Below the pieces are notes generated by a model, which searched no databases, was not told where the DNA came from, and was given only the letters and a program-made list of their open reading frames with translations. Positions 25,061 to 38,535 of a stretch of 64,000 nt of DNA are shown piece by piece (position 1 is the stretch's first letter; every line of letters begins with the position of its first letter). Made by a program: the position numbers and the translations under genes. The DNA is from Felis catus (Eukaryota), in assembly GCF_018350175.1 (NCBI RefSeq), contig NC_058368.1, positions 237,586,001 through 237,650,000 on the forward strand. The letters are read 5' to 3'.

Positions 25061-28000
25061 CCCGCGTTTCCTCATGCCACCGGCGCAGGAGATCCGCAGC
25101 CCCTCCCCCAACTCCCCTCCCCTCCCCCTCCCCACAGGGCCGCGGGGGGAGCCCAGGGGATGCGCCAGGCGTCCGCCAGCCCCACGGCCAACGCTGGACG
25201 GCGGGCTTGCGCCCTAACTGGGTGTGGAAGCAGCTGGCTTCTGTATTTTCCATCCGATGCGATGTGGCTTCTGCTTCTGCTGAGAGGCTCCTGCCACCGA
25301 GGTGGGGCCGGTGGGGGGCAGGGGTTTGTACGCGGGGTCGCGCTGGACAGAGACTCACTTGCATTGATGCAGACCTGCTGCCCCAGCTAAAACACACAAA
25401 GAAGCCTTATCGCGTGACCAAAGCCAGTACAAGCAAAACACAAAGCGGTCGGCTTAAGTGTGAAGAGGACGGGAAGACCATGTCTTGGGTTGACAGAAGC
25501 CGGGATCACCTGGGCGACCATGTTTCTAGATGGTTCTGTCTTGAGATACGGGCTGTTCATTGTGTCAGGCAACATCCGCTTGGAAATGTGCTGGGACGCT
25601 TCGTCAATGCCCAGCCTCCGCGGACACGCGTTTGAAGCCAATATCCCTCCTGTGGAATGGATTTTAAAGGAACGTCTACCCCAGTGGGGTTGGGTCTCCC
25701 TCCACTTAAACTCGACGGGGTTTCTTTGAACTCACTGCACAGACACGCACATGAGTGACGGGCTCTGTTACTGTAGACGCCGTAGGAAGCAGAGCTCCGG
25801 ACCAGGGGATTGGACGTCCCAAGTCCCTGCAACAGTCCTAATCCCACCCGAAGTGGGGCCGAGGGACGTCTGTCAGCACCCGGGGGACCTCTGCAGCCAG
25901 GTGCCCCTCCCCTCTGCCACTTCTCCTGTGACAGTGAGCTCACGGGCTCACCGGCCGCCCGTGAGACCCGTTCCTTTTGGAACCCTCTTCCTGCATCTTG
26001 GGGCCGCCCTCGGGCCTATCCCCAGAACCCCCTCGGGGGCGGTGGATGCCACCCTGCGCCTGAGTCCCTGTCGCCCTGTTCCCTGCGTTGGCCCGGGCCT
26101 GGCCTCCTGTCACGCGCTGCTCACAGGGCCCTGGGGGCAGCCCCGGCTGAAAACTCCATCCTGCAGAGGAAAGGCTGCTGCGGAGAAGAGAAAGCTTAGG
26201 CCCAGGACCCCACGGCAGGCGGGGAGCGGCAGGTCTGGGCTTGCAACTCAGGCGTCTGACCCGGTGCCCGTGTTTTTCCAGCAAGACTTTGTGTCTCACG
26301 CCCCACAGCGCCCGGCCCCACTCAGGCAGGACAGACACATCGATGCCGTTCCAGGCGCCGGTGCTGTTCCGGGCACCGTCTCCTCCCTGGTCACGGTGGT
26401 GGCTCCCCTTGGGACACCGCTGTGCTCACTTGTGGGGAGGGAGGGGACAGAGAGCAGGAGGCTCCTTTGCTGATTTAGCGTCAGCACTTGTCTGGGGTGC
26501 TCCACACCTGAGTAGGAGCACGTCAACCTCAGGCTACAGAGGGGGAAACCGAGGCCGAGGGAGCTGTCTGCCTCTGTGGGGGCAACTGGGCGTGCTTCCA
26601 TTCCTCCCTCAGAAGGGGCTTTCATGGGAACACAGACGCTGTGTGCGCGTGGCTCCAGCCGGCGGCTCTCCTTGCTGCGTGGAAATGAACCCCACCCCGC
26701 GTATTTGGCCCGGGATCCGCGTCCCTCATCCCCACAGCCCGGCGGCTCCTCCTCCGGGCAGCTGGCGAGCGGACCGCGGCGGCCGGGCCCTCGGGGCTCC
26801 CTCTGGGGCTCTGCCAAGCCCACTGTTCGCACCAGGCGACTCTCCGCTCGGGGATCTGCCTGTCCTTCTGGAGGCGGGTGCATCACTGTGAGTCACGGTT
26901 TGCTCAAGGTCAACGTCGGCAGCCTCACGGGCTTGCGCTTTAAATGTCCGCCACAAGACGTGCAGCCAGCCGGCCGGGAAGTCCCAGGAGAGGGGGTCCC
27001 CGGGGAATTAAGATCATCGCAAACCGGGCTCTTGAGAGGTCACATAGGGGACCCACCGCCATGGATCTCCAGCCAGCCTGTCTTCCCGACCGAGGAGGGA
27101 CATCGGGGACAGGAGCCAATAACCGGCCAGGGAGGGAGGACGTGGGCTTGTCCAGGGGTCGGTCCCGCCTCTGGGAACCAAGAGCAAAAGAACACCTGCA
27201 AGGAAGGCAGACCCCGGGTTTGGACGCTGACCTGCCGGGTGTGGGGTCCCCACAGCCTGAACGGGAGCAGCTGTGGTAGCATTTTCGGGAAGAAGAACAC
27301 AGGAGACCTTCGCGTGCTTCGCAGGCTCCCCGGCGTGGAGGCCGCGTCACCCTCTGCAGGTGCCGCACGTCGGAAAAGCCACAGCCCAGAAGAGGATGCC
27401 ACACACATCGGATGACTCGGGACTCAGACTCGGGGACAGGCGTGCGGGCTGTGGCTCCTGACCCAGCCCTCTGGCGAGCCGTCGCTTTCTCAGCCTGGTC
27501 GCACCCGGCCGTGCACGTCAGGCCCCAGGTTCACATTGGGGGACGTCACGGAGGTCACGTGGAACCGGCCGGGGCGGGAAAATTTACACCCTAGACGCGG
27601 AGAGACTTTGTGTCCGGGCTGTTCAGGCCACACCCGTCTGCTACTGTCCGTCACTGGTGGGTGTGCTGTCTGCTCAAGGGACCAGCCCGCGGGGAGGGAG
27701 GGCATGACGTCACACAGGCCAAGGGCACGGCACACGGTCCACGCCTGATAAACAGACGTGGGGGGCGCTCGGTCTTGCTTCCAGGCGCCGTGCTGGGCCG
27801 GCTCCTGTGCTCGGTTCGCCCCGACGGACCCCTTCCGCTGCACCAAGAAAGCCAAGCACGAGGCAGGTGTCGCCTCCAAGGAAAGCAGACCCTCCGCGCG
27901 ATTCGCTTTCAAGGTGAATGTTGCAGGACTTGCGGAGGCAAAAATAAAACCCAGCGAGAAGTGGCAGAGACGGAGGGAATGAGCCTCGGCTGAGTCAGAG

Positions 28001-29379
28001 GCACAAGGGCCCAACTCCTGCCTGGCTTCCAGGAGGCCTCGGGAGCAGGTGTCCCGGCCTCCCTCCCGCCCGCCTCCACCGTTCCACAGGTGTCTGGGCC
28101 ACCGCAGAGGCTCAGATGTCCCCGAAGAGCGCTTTCCTTTGCCCTGGCACACAGAGGACTCGAGCAGACACAGGCACCGCGGGGAAGGAGATCAAGGCTC
28201 GCTCTCTACAAACCTGACTGTGGGCTCTGCTTTCCAGAAGGTTTATGACCTTGTGGAGCAGGCCCAGAAGCACCCGAGTGCAGTGTGCTAGTGACGGGGC
28301 TGCGGCCGGCGCGCCCCCGGCATCCTGCTTGGGGACGGCCACCGGGGGCGAGGGCCGGGTCCTCTTGGCCACCAGCCTTGCACGTTTGTGGCCCGTGCAA
28401 AGGGTGTTTGATAACAAGTCTTCGGCACTTTTCTGCAGCACTTGTTGTGTTCGAATTCTGACCCAGGGTGGTGTTTTTTGTAAGTAACGAACACAGTTCA
28501 GGCAGGAAACTCAGCCTCCCGCCGAGCAGAGACTGCGGCTCACGGAGCAGATTAACAGGCACAGGAAACGGGGACGTCTCCTCCGCCTGCCTCTCCGTCC
28601 CCTCTGGCAACTGAGAATTGCCCCTTCCGCTCTGTAGGGGCCGCTGGAGTTCCCTCAACGGCCCCACATGCAAGCCCTGCTGTCCGCTTTTCTCCTGTGG
28701 TACCTCGGCGAGGGGGCCACCCCGGACCCTCCAATGAGGCCAGGCGGTTCGGCTTGTGGGCATTTCTGTGAGCCCTCGCTGAGAAGAATCAGACATCGGT
28801 ACACGAAATCCGAGATCATTCGAAGACCCCCATTCCGTCTCTTCGTTCTCCCGCCGTCGGGCCCTGCTGGTGGAGGCGATTCTGCTAACGTGGAGTCAGC
28901 CGAGGCCAGAGGGAGATGGCCGGGCAGGGTGGCCGTGCCCCGGAGACAGGCCTGCCCTCCCTGCGGCTTCCCGTCCTGTGGATTCTGAGGCCGGGTCCGC
29001 ACCAGCGCCCGAAGCAAGGAGCCTGGTTGGCAGACCCCTGGGTAAGGCTCTGCTTGTCACGGTGAAGCCGTGCGGTTTGCTGGCTTAAGGCTTGGTGCCA
29101 CGAAGGATTCGTGGCAGGAAAAGGTGCTCTGACTGTCCACTGGGGGACAGCGTGTCTACTGGGGAGGGAGGTGTCCTGGCTTTGCTTCTCGGTGCCCCTG
29201 CTGGGTCCAAACCGGGCCGAATTGAGGAATCTCCTGATGTTTCCTCTTCCACCGGCTCCCCAGCTCTCCTGACCGGCACCTGTTGCTGTCGGGGTTGCTG
29301 TCTGACCTCCCTGCTGCTCCTTGGGTTTTATTCCACACTCACCAAGAATCAGCCATGATTTTCCCTCGGCCTCTTCGTA

Positions 29380-30660
29380 CCCATTATCCCCATTACTAAA
29401 TGATACAGTTCGATTTAGCATCAACTAAGTCAATGCTCATTACCGATACACTTACAATACAAAATATTAACATCAGTTGAGGGAGCGTTTTTTTTTCCTA
29501 GGACACCGAAGTCGCATGCTTTGCAAAGACTTCACGAGAGCATCACGTAAACGTTCCGTCAAAAGACTTCACAAAATGCAGAGGAATTACACTTGGTCAT
29601 ACACTTAGATGGCTCTGCGGGTATCTTAAGGAATCGCTAGACTTTACGAAATCATGGCGGCTGATTCCTGCCAACGAGGAAAGTCTCATCCAAAGAACAG
29701 TCTTCGACCTTGTATCAAGATAAGCGATTGAGTGAAGATTTAAATTTGTAAATGTTTGAGGCGCGCTCCTACGTATCCTTTACAACTGACTTATTTTTAT
29801 TAGTGAGGCAATTCGACAGCCCCCCTGGGTGGAGTACGAGGCTGCCGCTGTATTTGGGACGCCCCCGGTGAACTTGGGGTGGGTTGTCCGTGCCGCGCCA
29901 GCCCCCCTCACTCCCGGGCAGAGCGCCCTCCAGGCAGGAGGCCAGGCACGTCTTGACCTATTACATCATCGTCGTTTTCCTAGTAATTAAATGTGCATTC
30001 TTCACAATGAAAGGTTACAGACATCAAGAGCTTCCTGGCAGCATAACTGACAAGGATTTGTGGAGAAGATCCATGTACACGCGTAACCAGCATGCCACCA
30101 TGTTCGGAGACAACACAACGATGACAGACGCAAAGAACAAATGTTAAAGGTAGCTATTTTCCAATATTGTTTGAAAAGTACGTATCTAATTAGAGACGAA
30201 TCTGTTTAAACTCACCAGTAAAATAAAGAAAGAAAAAAAAAAAAACTAGGTCAGTTGGAAATCTGTGTAAGTTGGGTCTCTAATGGGACGATCGTTAAAA
30301 ATAATTTCAATTATTCACGTCTGAATGACTTTCGCATAAAGCTTTTAAATAACGCGAAGTCTGCCGCGAAAAGTGTAAATGAAAGATTGGTCGAGTTAAT
30401 CTCTGACATGTTATCTGAGCTTGTACGTTGTGGAAGGGAGCCCCGTAGAATGTTAAATTCCACATAAAATATTCTAGTTTCTCTGGTTTATTTTAGGGCT
30501 GTGGTGTCATTTATGATTACATTTTATGAGAAGATCATTACAAGCAGAACTGCTTTTCTAAGCTCGAGAAAGGTAATCCACACGCCAAGATTAGCGCATT
30601 TGGGGACATTAATAAGCTCAATTCTCTCCAACCTGATGGATTTGTAAATTTGCCTGCAGT
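29380..30660. promoter_or_regulatory. Large AT-rich unique block, candidate conserved non-coding element cluster
   Basis: No recognisable repeat; many TAAT/TAATTA, TTTATG (HOX) and TAATCC motifs; conservation not tested. Confidence 0.3.
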
Positions 30661-31049
30661 GTGGACGTGAGGCAGTTCAGTTTGCAATGTTCTCTGCAGA
30701 ATCCGCGAATGCCGCAGACGTCCTTCCACCCGATGGGAGGGACCGGGTCCGCCTGGGCTCACGTGCGTGAGGTTTCCAGCTCTGTAAGGAATATTGGCGT
30801 CCTGTGTATTGACTCCTATGAAGCGCTAAGTGCCCTGCAAATAACGTAAATGTGGGGCCAGAAACGTGTGTCTTTTGCCTCAATCGCCAGTGACAAGGGG
30901 TCAAGGGGGCAAAATAGAAATGTAGAAATTGTCAAAGAGAAAAGGGTGAAATGGAAAAAGTAAATGGTCCTGAAAGTGAATGTCAAAGTTCCAAGTACAT
31001 TAGCGGAGTAATCACCATTATCCACCTTCTTAAAGTTTGGGCTCGGGAA

Positions 31050-31708
31050 GATCGAAATTTCTGGGGGGTTATCCAATGGAGATGAACCACAGCCTCTGAG
31101 AAACATCCACACTCCCCATGTTGGCTGCAGTGTCACTCTCAGCAGCCATGGTGTGGAAGCAGCCTACGTGGCCCCGGGGCCCGAATGGATGAAGAGGTCA
31201 TGGTCGCACATGAGACGGGAGGTGACTCAGTCACGGAAGGAGGACATCGTGCCATTTGTGACAACGTGGCTGGACGTCGAGCGCGTTACACTGAAATAAG
31301 TCAGACACAAAGAGGCCGTATGATCTCTTTCGTAGGTGGGCTCTAACAATTTTTGAACTCTTAGAAACGGAAAAGAGTGATGCCTGCCGGAGGCAGAGAG
31401 TGGGGGCTCGGGAAATGGGTGCACGCGGTCCAAACGTAGATGTTTCCAGTTTCTAAAGTACGTAAGCTACGGGGAGTGAGTACGTCCGTGATACTGTATT
31501 GTATATTTGAAAGATGCTACGAAAGGAGGTTTTTAAAGCTCTCACTCCGCAGACACACGCACAGATGCTGACTTTTTATTCTGATGTGTTAACTAACCTT
31601 ACTGTGATCACCATTTTACAATATGCACCTATATCAAATCACTACATTGTATACCTTAAACTTACACAATGTCATACGTCAATATATTTTAATAAAACTG
31701 GGAAAAAA
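31050..31708 (+). mobile_element. L1MA9-like LINE 3' end (ORF2 C-terminus plus 3'UTR)
   Basis: gccatttgtgacaacgtggctggac...gaaataagtcagaca; tail aactaaccttactgtgatcaccattttacaatat...taccttaaacttacacaatgt...aataaaactgggaaaaaa. Confidence 0.85.
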
Positions 31709-32517
31709 TTGGGCTACGGACGTACCTCATTTCCAAAGAAGGAGAATTTTGCTCCCAGGCAAAGGGATGAACTTCTCGACTGGGCTCCTGAATTCTGCTA
31801 ATTAGCTCGGAAAAGAAGCTCATTTCCCAACATTCGGTGAAATGCTTGACGTGCAAATACTCGTTCCGGGCCTCGTGGGGGTCCCGTGGGCAAATGAGGG
31901 TGTGGTCTCTGCCTCGGACTGCGGTCCCCGGGAATGACGGGGCACCACACCCTCCGGTGACCACGTAATTGTGGTGACGTCCTCCTACGTAAGAAAAATG
32001 AGCATTTTATCATCCTGAAGTGTAAGCATGTAGTAGAGGAGATCAGTGCTAAATTTGTTTGCCGAACTTATTCTGATGGATACAAATAAAGCCAAACTGA
32101 CTGTTAAATAGTCTCGGTCAGTGATTCTCCAACAGCACAGACTATTTATTAGGAGTGACAGGTGCGAGGAAGCAGAGGCTGCTGCCTGAGTGTCCACGAC
32201 GGGCGGGCGGGCAGCTGACGCGGGGAGGCCCCCGCACCCAGCAGGGATTCGAACGCTCCCCGTGCACACTGCGATGCAGACGTGCACCTTCTTGTTGGTT
32301 AGCCATACCCCCAGGGAGTTTTTCCCTGACATTTTTATTTTCCTGGCTGTTTTCCCCCCTTCTTGCTTCTTTTGCTTAATTTTTCCCCTGCTGCAGATTT
32401 GCACTTGTCCCTATCAAGCTGCCCATTACCTTGGAGCAGTATTTGTTGTGGTGGTGTATTCGAATCACTTAAACTCTTAATCTGTCTTCAAGCACCTCTG
32501 TCAGCTGCTCTGTTCCA

Positions 32518-32730
32518 TTTTTGTTTTTAATGTTTATTTATTTTTGAGAGAGAAAAGCACGGAGCACGAGCGGGGGAGGGGTGGAGAGAGGGAGGCACAG
32601 AATCGGAAGCAGGCTCCAGGCTCCGAGCTGTCAGCGCAGAGCCCGACCGTGGGGCTCGAACTCACGGGCCGCGAGATCATGACCTGAGCCGAAGTCGGAC
32701 GCTTAACCGACTGAGCCACCCAGGCGCCCC
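32518..32730 (-). mobile_element. Can-SINE (SINEC_Fc-like), well preserved
   Basis: Full antisense SINE ending gaagtcggacgcttaaccgactgagccacccaggcgcccc; CpGs retained. Confidence 0.97.
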
Positions 32731-33044
32731 TGCTGGGTGTTTGTTTCATTTTAAACAAACTCCGTATTTAATTAAAGCATCTCCAAGTTTTTGCCCAAGT
32801 CAATGGAGAAAATCCCTGAGTGGAAAGCTCTCTGAAATGCCCCTCTGAGTTTCCCTGGTCGTTGCCTCTTGGTCAGACCATCGTGTTGGAAGAGATGTAA
32901 TTATTACTTTTATCTTATAGGTAGCAGTGAGGTTAAGCCGTTTCTAAGAACATGGCGACAGTGGAACCAGAAATTTTTGAACTGCAGGAGAGACCCGGTT
33001 CTCGCTTCCGCCCCTCCGTGGGTTCTCATGCCGCCCGTCTGCTC

Positions 33045-34150
33045 TGACTCAACACGAGCACAAGGCCACCCTTCCTGTGTGCCGGGCACCGTTCTGGGCA
33101 CAGGGGATTCAGTGGTGAGCTGGGACGTGCGTGGTCACTGTCCTCATGGGGTTACAGTTGGGACGAGGCACAGGCATTTATCAGATCATCACACAGACAT
33201 GTGGAAAATCGCCGTGGTGACTAAGGTGGCCAAGAAGAGGCACAGGCCCTGTGAGTCCCGAATAGAAGGGGCCGGCGAATGCTTTCTTGGCAAAGTGGGC
33301 TGGACCTGACATTTACAGGAGCTTCTTGCTCAGGGGGAGAGACAGGCCACCAGCCAGAAGCAGCAGCTTGTGCAAAGGCCCCGTGGCAAGACGGGTCATA
33401 GCAAGTAAGGGGAAGCATTTGGAGATTCAGTTAAGGACAGAGCACTCAAGACGCTCCTGACCTTGATGAGGGATTTTCCTTTGTCTTGAGAATCTCGGAA
33501 AGCCGTGGAGGGGACGTGAGGGAGGGGGTCAGGCGGAGCAGCAGCAGAGAGGGTGGGGTGGCCCAGTGCACACACCAGGGGATTTCAGGGCAGTTGGACA
33601 AGCATGGCGATGAGACAAGATGGAGGCCAGGGAGGAGGAACTCAACACGTCTTGGTGAGGGAAGCGGTGCGGGAGGGGGCAGGGGAGGCACAGACACCCT
33701 GGCTTCTGGCTGGGGCAGCGTCTTCGCCCACACCTGCAGCTCCGCAAGGCTGAGGAGGGGCTCCGAGCCCGGCTGCGGGACGGGATGCACCTCTGGGCTC
33801 AGAGAAGGCCCGCCAAGGCGACGTGCCTGCTGTACGCATGGAGAGAAGGCTGGGCTGCAGACCGAAATGCAAACGGGCGGTCTGCATATCTGCGAAAATG
33901 AAGTCCCGACTCTAGGGGAGACTTAGAAACGTCTAGAAAGGGACGAGCTGAGGCCTGGGAACAGACTGTGAGCAATCGCTACTCGCTTGCTAGAAAAATC
34001 CAGACTGGCTGAGGGATGGGCAGAAAATCAGGAGGAGATCTCGGAAAGTGTCTGGGTCATCGAAGCCGAGGGAAGAGAGAGGGTGTTTCGAGAGGAAAGG
34101 GACGTGCTCCAAGCTGACCACTGTGGCTACAGAGGGACCCAGACAGGTGA
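33045..34150 (-). mobile_element. L2 LINE fragments (3' end at low coordinate)
   Basis: tgtgtgccgggcaccgttctgggcacaggggattcagtggtgag...tcctcatggggttacag; cagcagcttgtgcaaaggccccgtggc; gaagccgagggaagagagagggtgtttcgag; extent approximate. Confidence 0.6.
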
Positions 34151-34549
34151 GGAAAGCCCCGAGCCTGTCTCTTGTGGAGAAAGGCCCCCACAGGCAGAGC
34201 GGGGAGCTCGAAGGGCGAGGGCGAGGTTTGGGATGGAGACAAAAGTGTGGAGGACTCGAGAGGTTTGTCTGTGAATGTCAGGAATATGGTGGAGGCAGAT
34301 AGGGCCCAGGGAGGGTTCCGTGTTTTGGCTTTTGTTTCTGCCTCGAAGAAGGACACGGTCATGTTCTAAGCCACCAGAGAGGAGCCAGAGGGGGGGAAGA
34401 AGGGACAGCCCCTTGGGCAGGGGTCCTGAAGACAGAGGACCAAGCTCCATGGTGTGAGGGCAAGGGCTGGCCTGGGGCAGGAGGAGCCACCTCGGTCACC
34501 CCGACCGGACCCCGGTATCGCTCTGGGCAGTGTCCTACCCCGCCCTTCC

Positions 34550-35240
34550 CCCGCATACCACCCTGGGAACCTCATCTTCCCTGGAGGCTCTATTCACGTC
34601 CGCACACCGAGGGCATTCGCACCCCTGTCTCTGGCTCCTCCTTGAACTCGACATAAGGGTCTGTTACTGCCAAGGGGGTTGGCTCCAACTGCCTCGCGTC
34701 ACTCCGAACTCCCCATGGCACACCGGAACCGTCGCCCTCCCCCCGATCTTCAACTTTCCCGGTGGTCCCAGTGTCTGGAATGGTGGTCCGGCTGCCCAAC
34801 CTGTATCCCTGGGAGTCCTGCTGCTTCTTCCCTCTCCCTTACTCCCGGTGAGTTCCCATGATTCTGCTTCTCAGATATTTTGCAACTTCAACCACTGCTC
34901 CGCGCCCACATCCCTCCACCTCCTGAAGACGCCGTCTTCACTCACCCGGAGAACCGTAGTAACATCTTAAATGGTTTCCTCATCCCTGCTGCTACCCGTG
35001 ACTCGGCGGCTCCTAATTCTCCGCGGTCAGGTTTCCTGCCAAACCTTCAGGAAGGGGCTCGAAAGAAGCCAGAAGTCTGCTCTCAACTTACCTGATGTGA
35101 AGGCTCTTCTGATGTTTCCTGACAGTGGGGAGGCTCCCTGAGCCTTCACCCTCCTTTATTTGTTCATCTTGTCATTCCCCACGACACCTGCACGTGTGTG
35201 GCACATAGCAGGGGCCCCAAACCCATCACTGTGAAGTTTC
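34550..35240 (+). mobile_element. L2 LINE fragment with 3' end
   Basis: Pyrimidine-rich L2-like body (ccctgggagtcctgctgcttcttccctctccctt) and 3' motif ttgttcatcttgtcattcccc...gtggcacatagcagggg. Confidence 0.5.
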
Positions 35241-35599
35241 ACGTTCGCTTCTCGCCAGATCCTACTGGTGGTGGGGGGGCCGCAGGCAGGCCAAGGGCCC
35301 CTCGTGGACAGAGGGCTGTTCACGTAAGGAGGGGGCTGAGTGTGCAGACCTGACTGGGAAGCAGCAGAAATCCCCTGAAAAGCGCCCAGACCTCTCCAAG
35401 CTGGGAAGACCAAGTTTTGGAGACATCTGGTATCAGCTAGATGCCTGGGGCCAGACACCTCAGTTACCCAGCGAGACTTTGGCCAGAGGTGCTCTTTGTG
35501 ATTACTTGTGAGGGCCGTGCAGATTTAGCTAGAGAAAAAGACACACGTGGGAATCGTTGTGTGCCCGGACCCTGGAGGGAGAGGCAAGGTCTAAGGTGA

Positions 35600-35820
35600 T
35601 CCCTGGTCTGTGGTGTGCTGAGTGGACGGTGAAGCAGGGACGTTCCAGAAGGGGGGGTGTGCTTGGAGGGAGCGCTGTGATTTGGTTTTGGACATGTGGA
35701 GGGTAAAGTGCTAAGGGGCAAGGTCAGTGAGCAGCGAGGTGTGCGCATCGAGAGCTTGAGGGTAGTAGGAGATGCCACCAGTGATATACATCTGGAATTG
35801 ACTGGGGAGGCAGAGTGCAA
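35600..35820 (-). mobile_element. L2 LINE fragment
   Basis: tgatttggttttggacatgtggag is a typical antisense L2 motif. Confidence 0.5.
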
Positions 35821-38314
35821 GGAGCACACGTGTGTGCAGTGGTTGACTCCTATGAATACTCGCTCAATCTTCACTTCGGATTTCTTGCAGGTTTGTCCGG
35901 AGAGGAGTAATTTGCTCTGTTATGGCAAGAAGTATGCAGTGTTTGGTGATAGGTCAAACGATGGAAGGAGATGATAAGAACATCTGATAAGACTTTGTAG
36001 CTCACTAATTACTAGTTGTGTTTCCAAGAAATCATGATTGTCATCTATCTGCCCACACAACGTATAGATCCCTATTGAAAGACAAATGGGGGCATTAGGG
36101 GAATCTGCTTACTGTCCCTCTACAGAGCAGTTTGATAAAATCCAGCAGAGAAAATTTAGGAAGGAAAACGGTTGTCCTTCTCTCCAGAGGTGACTCACAG
36201 CTCGCTGCTGCTTGGTTTTAGTCCACATCTGGTCCCATTTGGTAAAGTTTGGTCCAGGCCTTCACCTATCGCATATGCCCTGAAGAGGGTGGGAAACTTA
36301 GCCTTCACATTTTGACCACAATCGTTTTTTAGAAACAATGATTTTGTCTGATGAAGAACACACAGGAAAGTTGGCCTCTTTCTTTCAAATTGCCAGTGCA
36401 GCTACTAAGCCTTTTTGTGTGCCCTTTATTTTTCCAAGAGTTCTCAGTTGCTTCTGGCATTGGATTGTTGGCAGCACAACTTACAGTACATGGGCTACTT
36501 CAGGTTAATTTACTCAGTTGAGGTGGATCGGGTGGCCCCTTGTTAGGACATCCGTGGCTTGCAGCCAGAGGGAGGCAGGGGACCCGTCTAAACATGCAGT
36601 GATGCTCAGTGGCCTCACGTATTTAATTGAGCTGATTTTTTCCACTTTGGAGGCTTTTGTTCTTCTTTTAAAATGTTGACTCCTTAGAGCAACATAGCTA
36701 ATGTTTTCTGTCAATTTTACCTCAGCAGTGATGGAGAGGGGATGCTTGCATTGGCTGAGCCAATTTTCTAGATCTTCATAATCTCCGTACGTCTCTGAGC
36801 CTCACACATATGAGATGGTGTATACAGAAGGAGCTGGGCAGTCGTACCTGTAAGCCATGCACCCCAGGGCTTACCTTCTGAGAGTCTCCCAGACACTCCC
36901 GTCCAGATAACATGTTGCTCTAATCTGACCACAGGTGAGTCTATTGACAACACACTGAATATTGCACATAAATTGTTAAAGAAGTTTGAAAACATTAAGA
37001 TTCTTTTTCAATATACTTTATCACGTATATTCTTCAGAACATTTCAGATCAGTGGAAAACAAGGCCACCGTTTTTAACCATGGTGAGAATTATTTATTCC
37101 GAATTTCTGCCGTCTACCTTCCAGCCAGGTTGTTAGGTCAGGCTGCCCCCAAACACGGTCTGAGAACTTGCACGGGGTGAGTAGTAAGAAATAACTCCCA
37201 GGTGTGGGGGCAGCAAAAAGGAAGCTGTGCGAGGGTGCATCCCGACACTCCCAGCCTTGGCCCCATCCGCATGCAGGGTCTGGAGTGGAAGCTACCCCCA
37301 GGCCCCTTCCAGCTTAGACCCGGGTTCTACGGGGGTCCAGCTTCCCTCTGCTTCCTCAGACAGCCACTGTCTCAAGGCTGCCCTAGAGGGGAGGAGTGGA
37401 CATTTCCAGGCATTTCTGGCTTTTGGTATTTGTACAAAGTGGCTTTACTGGCCAATAGTCCAATAACACTTTCCAAGGAAAGTCCTCCGAAGAGAATTTC
37501 AGGAGCTGACAATTGAAGGGAATAGGGGCCAGGATGACCTGAGCACCTGCTACTCTCTCAAGAAAGCTTTTGAAAGAAATAGATGAGAGAGTGAATCGCC
37601 TTTTAACAGTCAGGATTATTTTCGGGGAAAGTTTAGCAAGTACTCTGCAGTTTCTCAAAACTCATTTCATTAAGGGCTCAGATATAACCACAGGAAAGCC
37701 ATTAATTTACGTTGTTGATACACCTTAGTTGATAAATGGACATTCCCCCTGCTATCGAAGATGTTCTTGTGATTTTGCTAAGAAGATGATAAATGTTTCT
37801 CTAAAACTTTTCAACATGAGCTTGACTATGTCATACTCATAAATAAACATAATTTGTGGGTTTTGACACAAATATATAAAGCTACATATGGAAAAATACA
37901 CAACCATGTTAAAAAAGAGGTCAATATATTGTCATATTTTTGGTATATCCCAACTCAGTAGAAGTCGGAAACTTTACAGCAACATTTCCCTCAAAGCAAA
38001 TTGCTTTTGGTTTATCGTAATTGTTTTTGTGGTGGAAGGAAGGTCACAGCAGGTGAAAGAATGGGGCCAAATTCATGTGAGCAATTTATTCCCCCAAATC
38101 AAGTGTGCCGCACGTGGCATCCCGGAGACGTGGGTCGTCTGTAAGCAGTGTATCTGGGGAAGAAGACACGGGACCACGGAAAGTCCAGGAACGCTGCCTC
38201 GGCCACATGTCACTCATGGAGCCCCTCTCGTCCCCGGCCGTGACTGGCTGCCTTCAGTACAATACCTTTCCTTTCCTTTAGTGTCTGAAGAAATGAAAAT
38301 TCCTTCCAGCATTT

Positions 38315-38375
38315 AATTAATTTGATTAGTTTCTTTTACAGAAAGAGAGAGTGCAAGCAGGAGAGATGGGGAGGG

Positions 38376-38410
<35 letters not shown>

Positions 38411-38535
38411 CCCAAGCAGGCTCTATATGTTCAGTGTGGAGCCCAGTGTAGGGCTCGATCCCACCACTGTGGGATCACGACCTGAGCCAAAATTAAGAGT
38501 CAGACGCTCAACCGACCGAGCCATCCAGGTGCCCC
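38315..38535 (-). mobile_element. Can-SINE, older subfamily (cccaagcaggctc / aagagtc type)
   Basis: (GA)n, gaatcccaagcaggctc, cctgagccaaaattaagagtcagacgctcaaccgac; TSD ccttccagcattt 38302-38314 / cctcccagcattt 38536-38548. Confidence 0.94.

Noticed and set aside
24925..28152. Long ORFs (236, 240, 216, 279 and 220 aa) overlapping on both strands
   Set aside because: Pro/Gly/Arg/Ala-rich with no recognisable domain, open in several frames at once; expected in stop-poor GC-rich DNA
34924..34940. tgaagacg-c-cgtcttca palindrome
   Set aside because: Several 8-bp-arm palindromes are expected by chance in 64 kb
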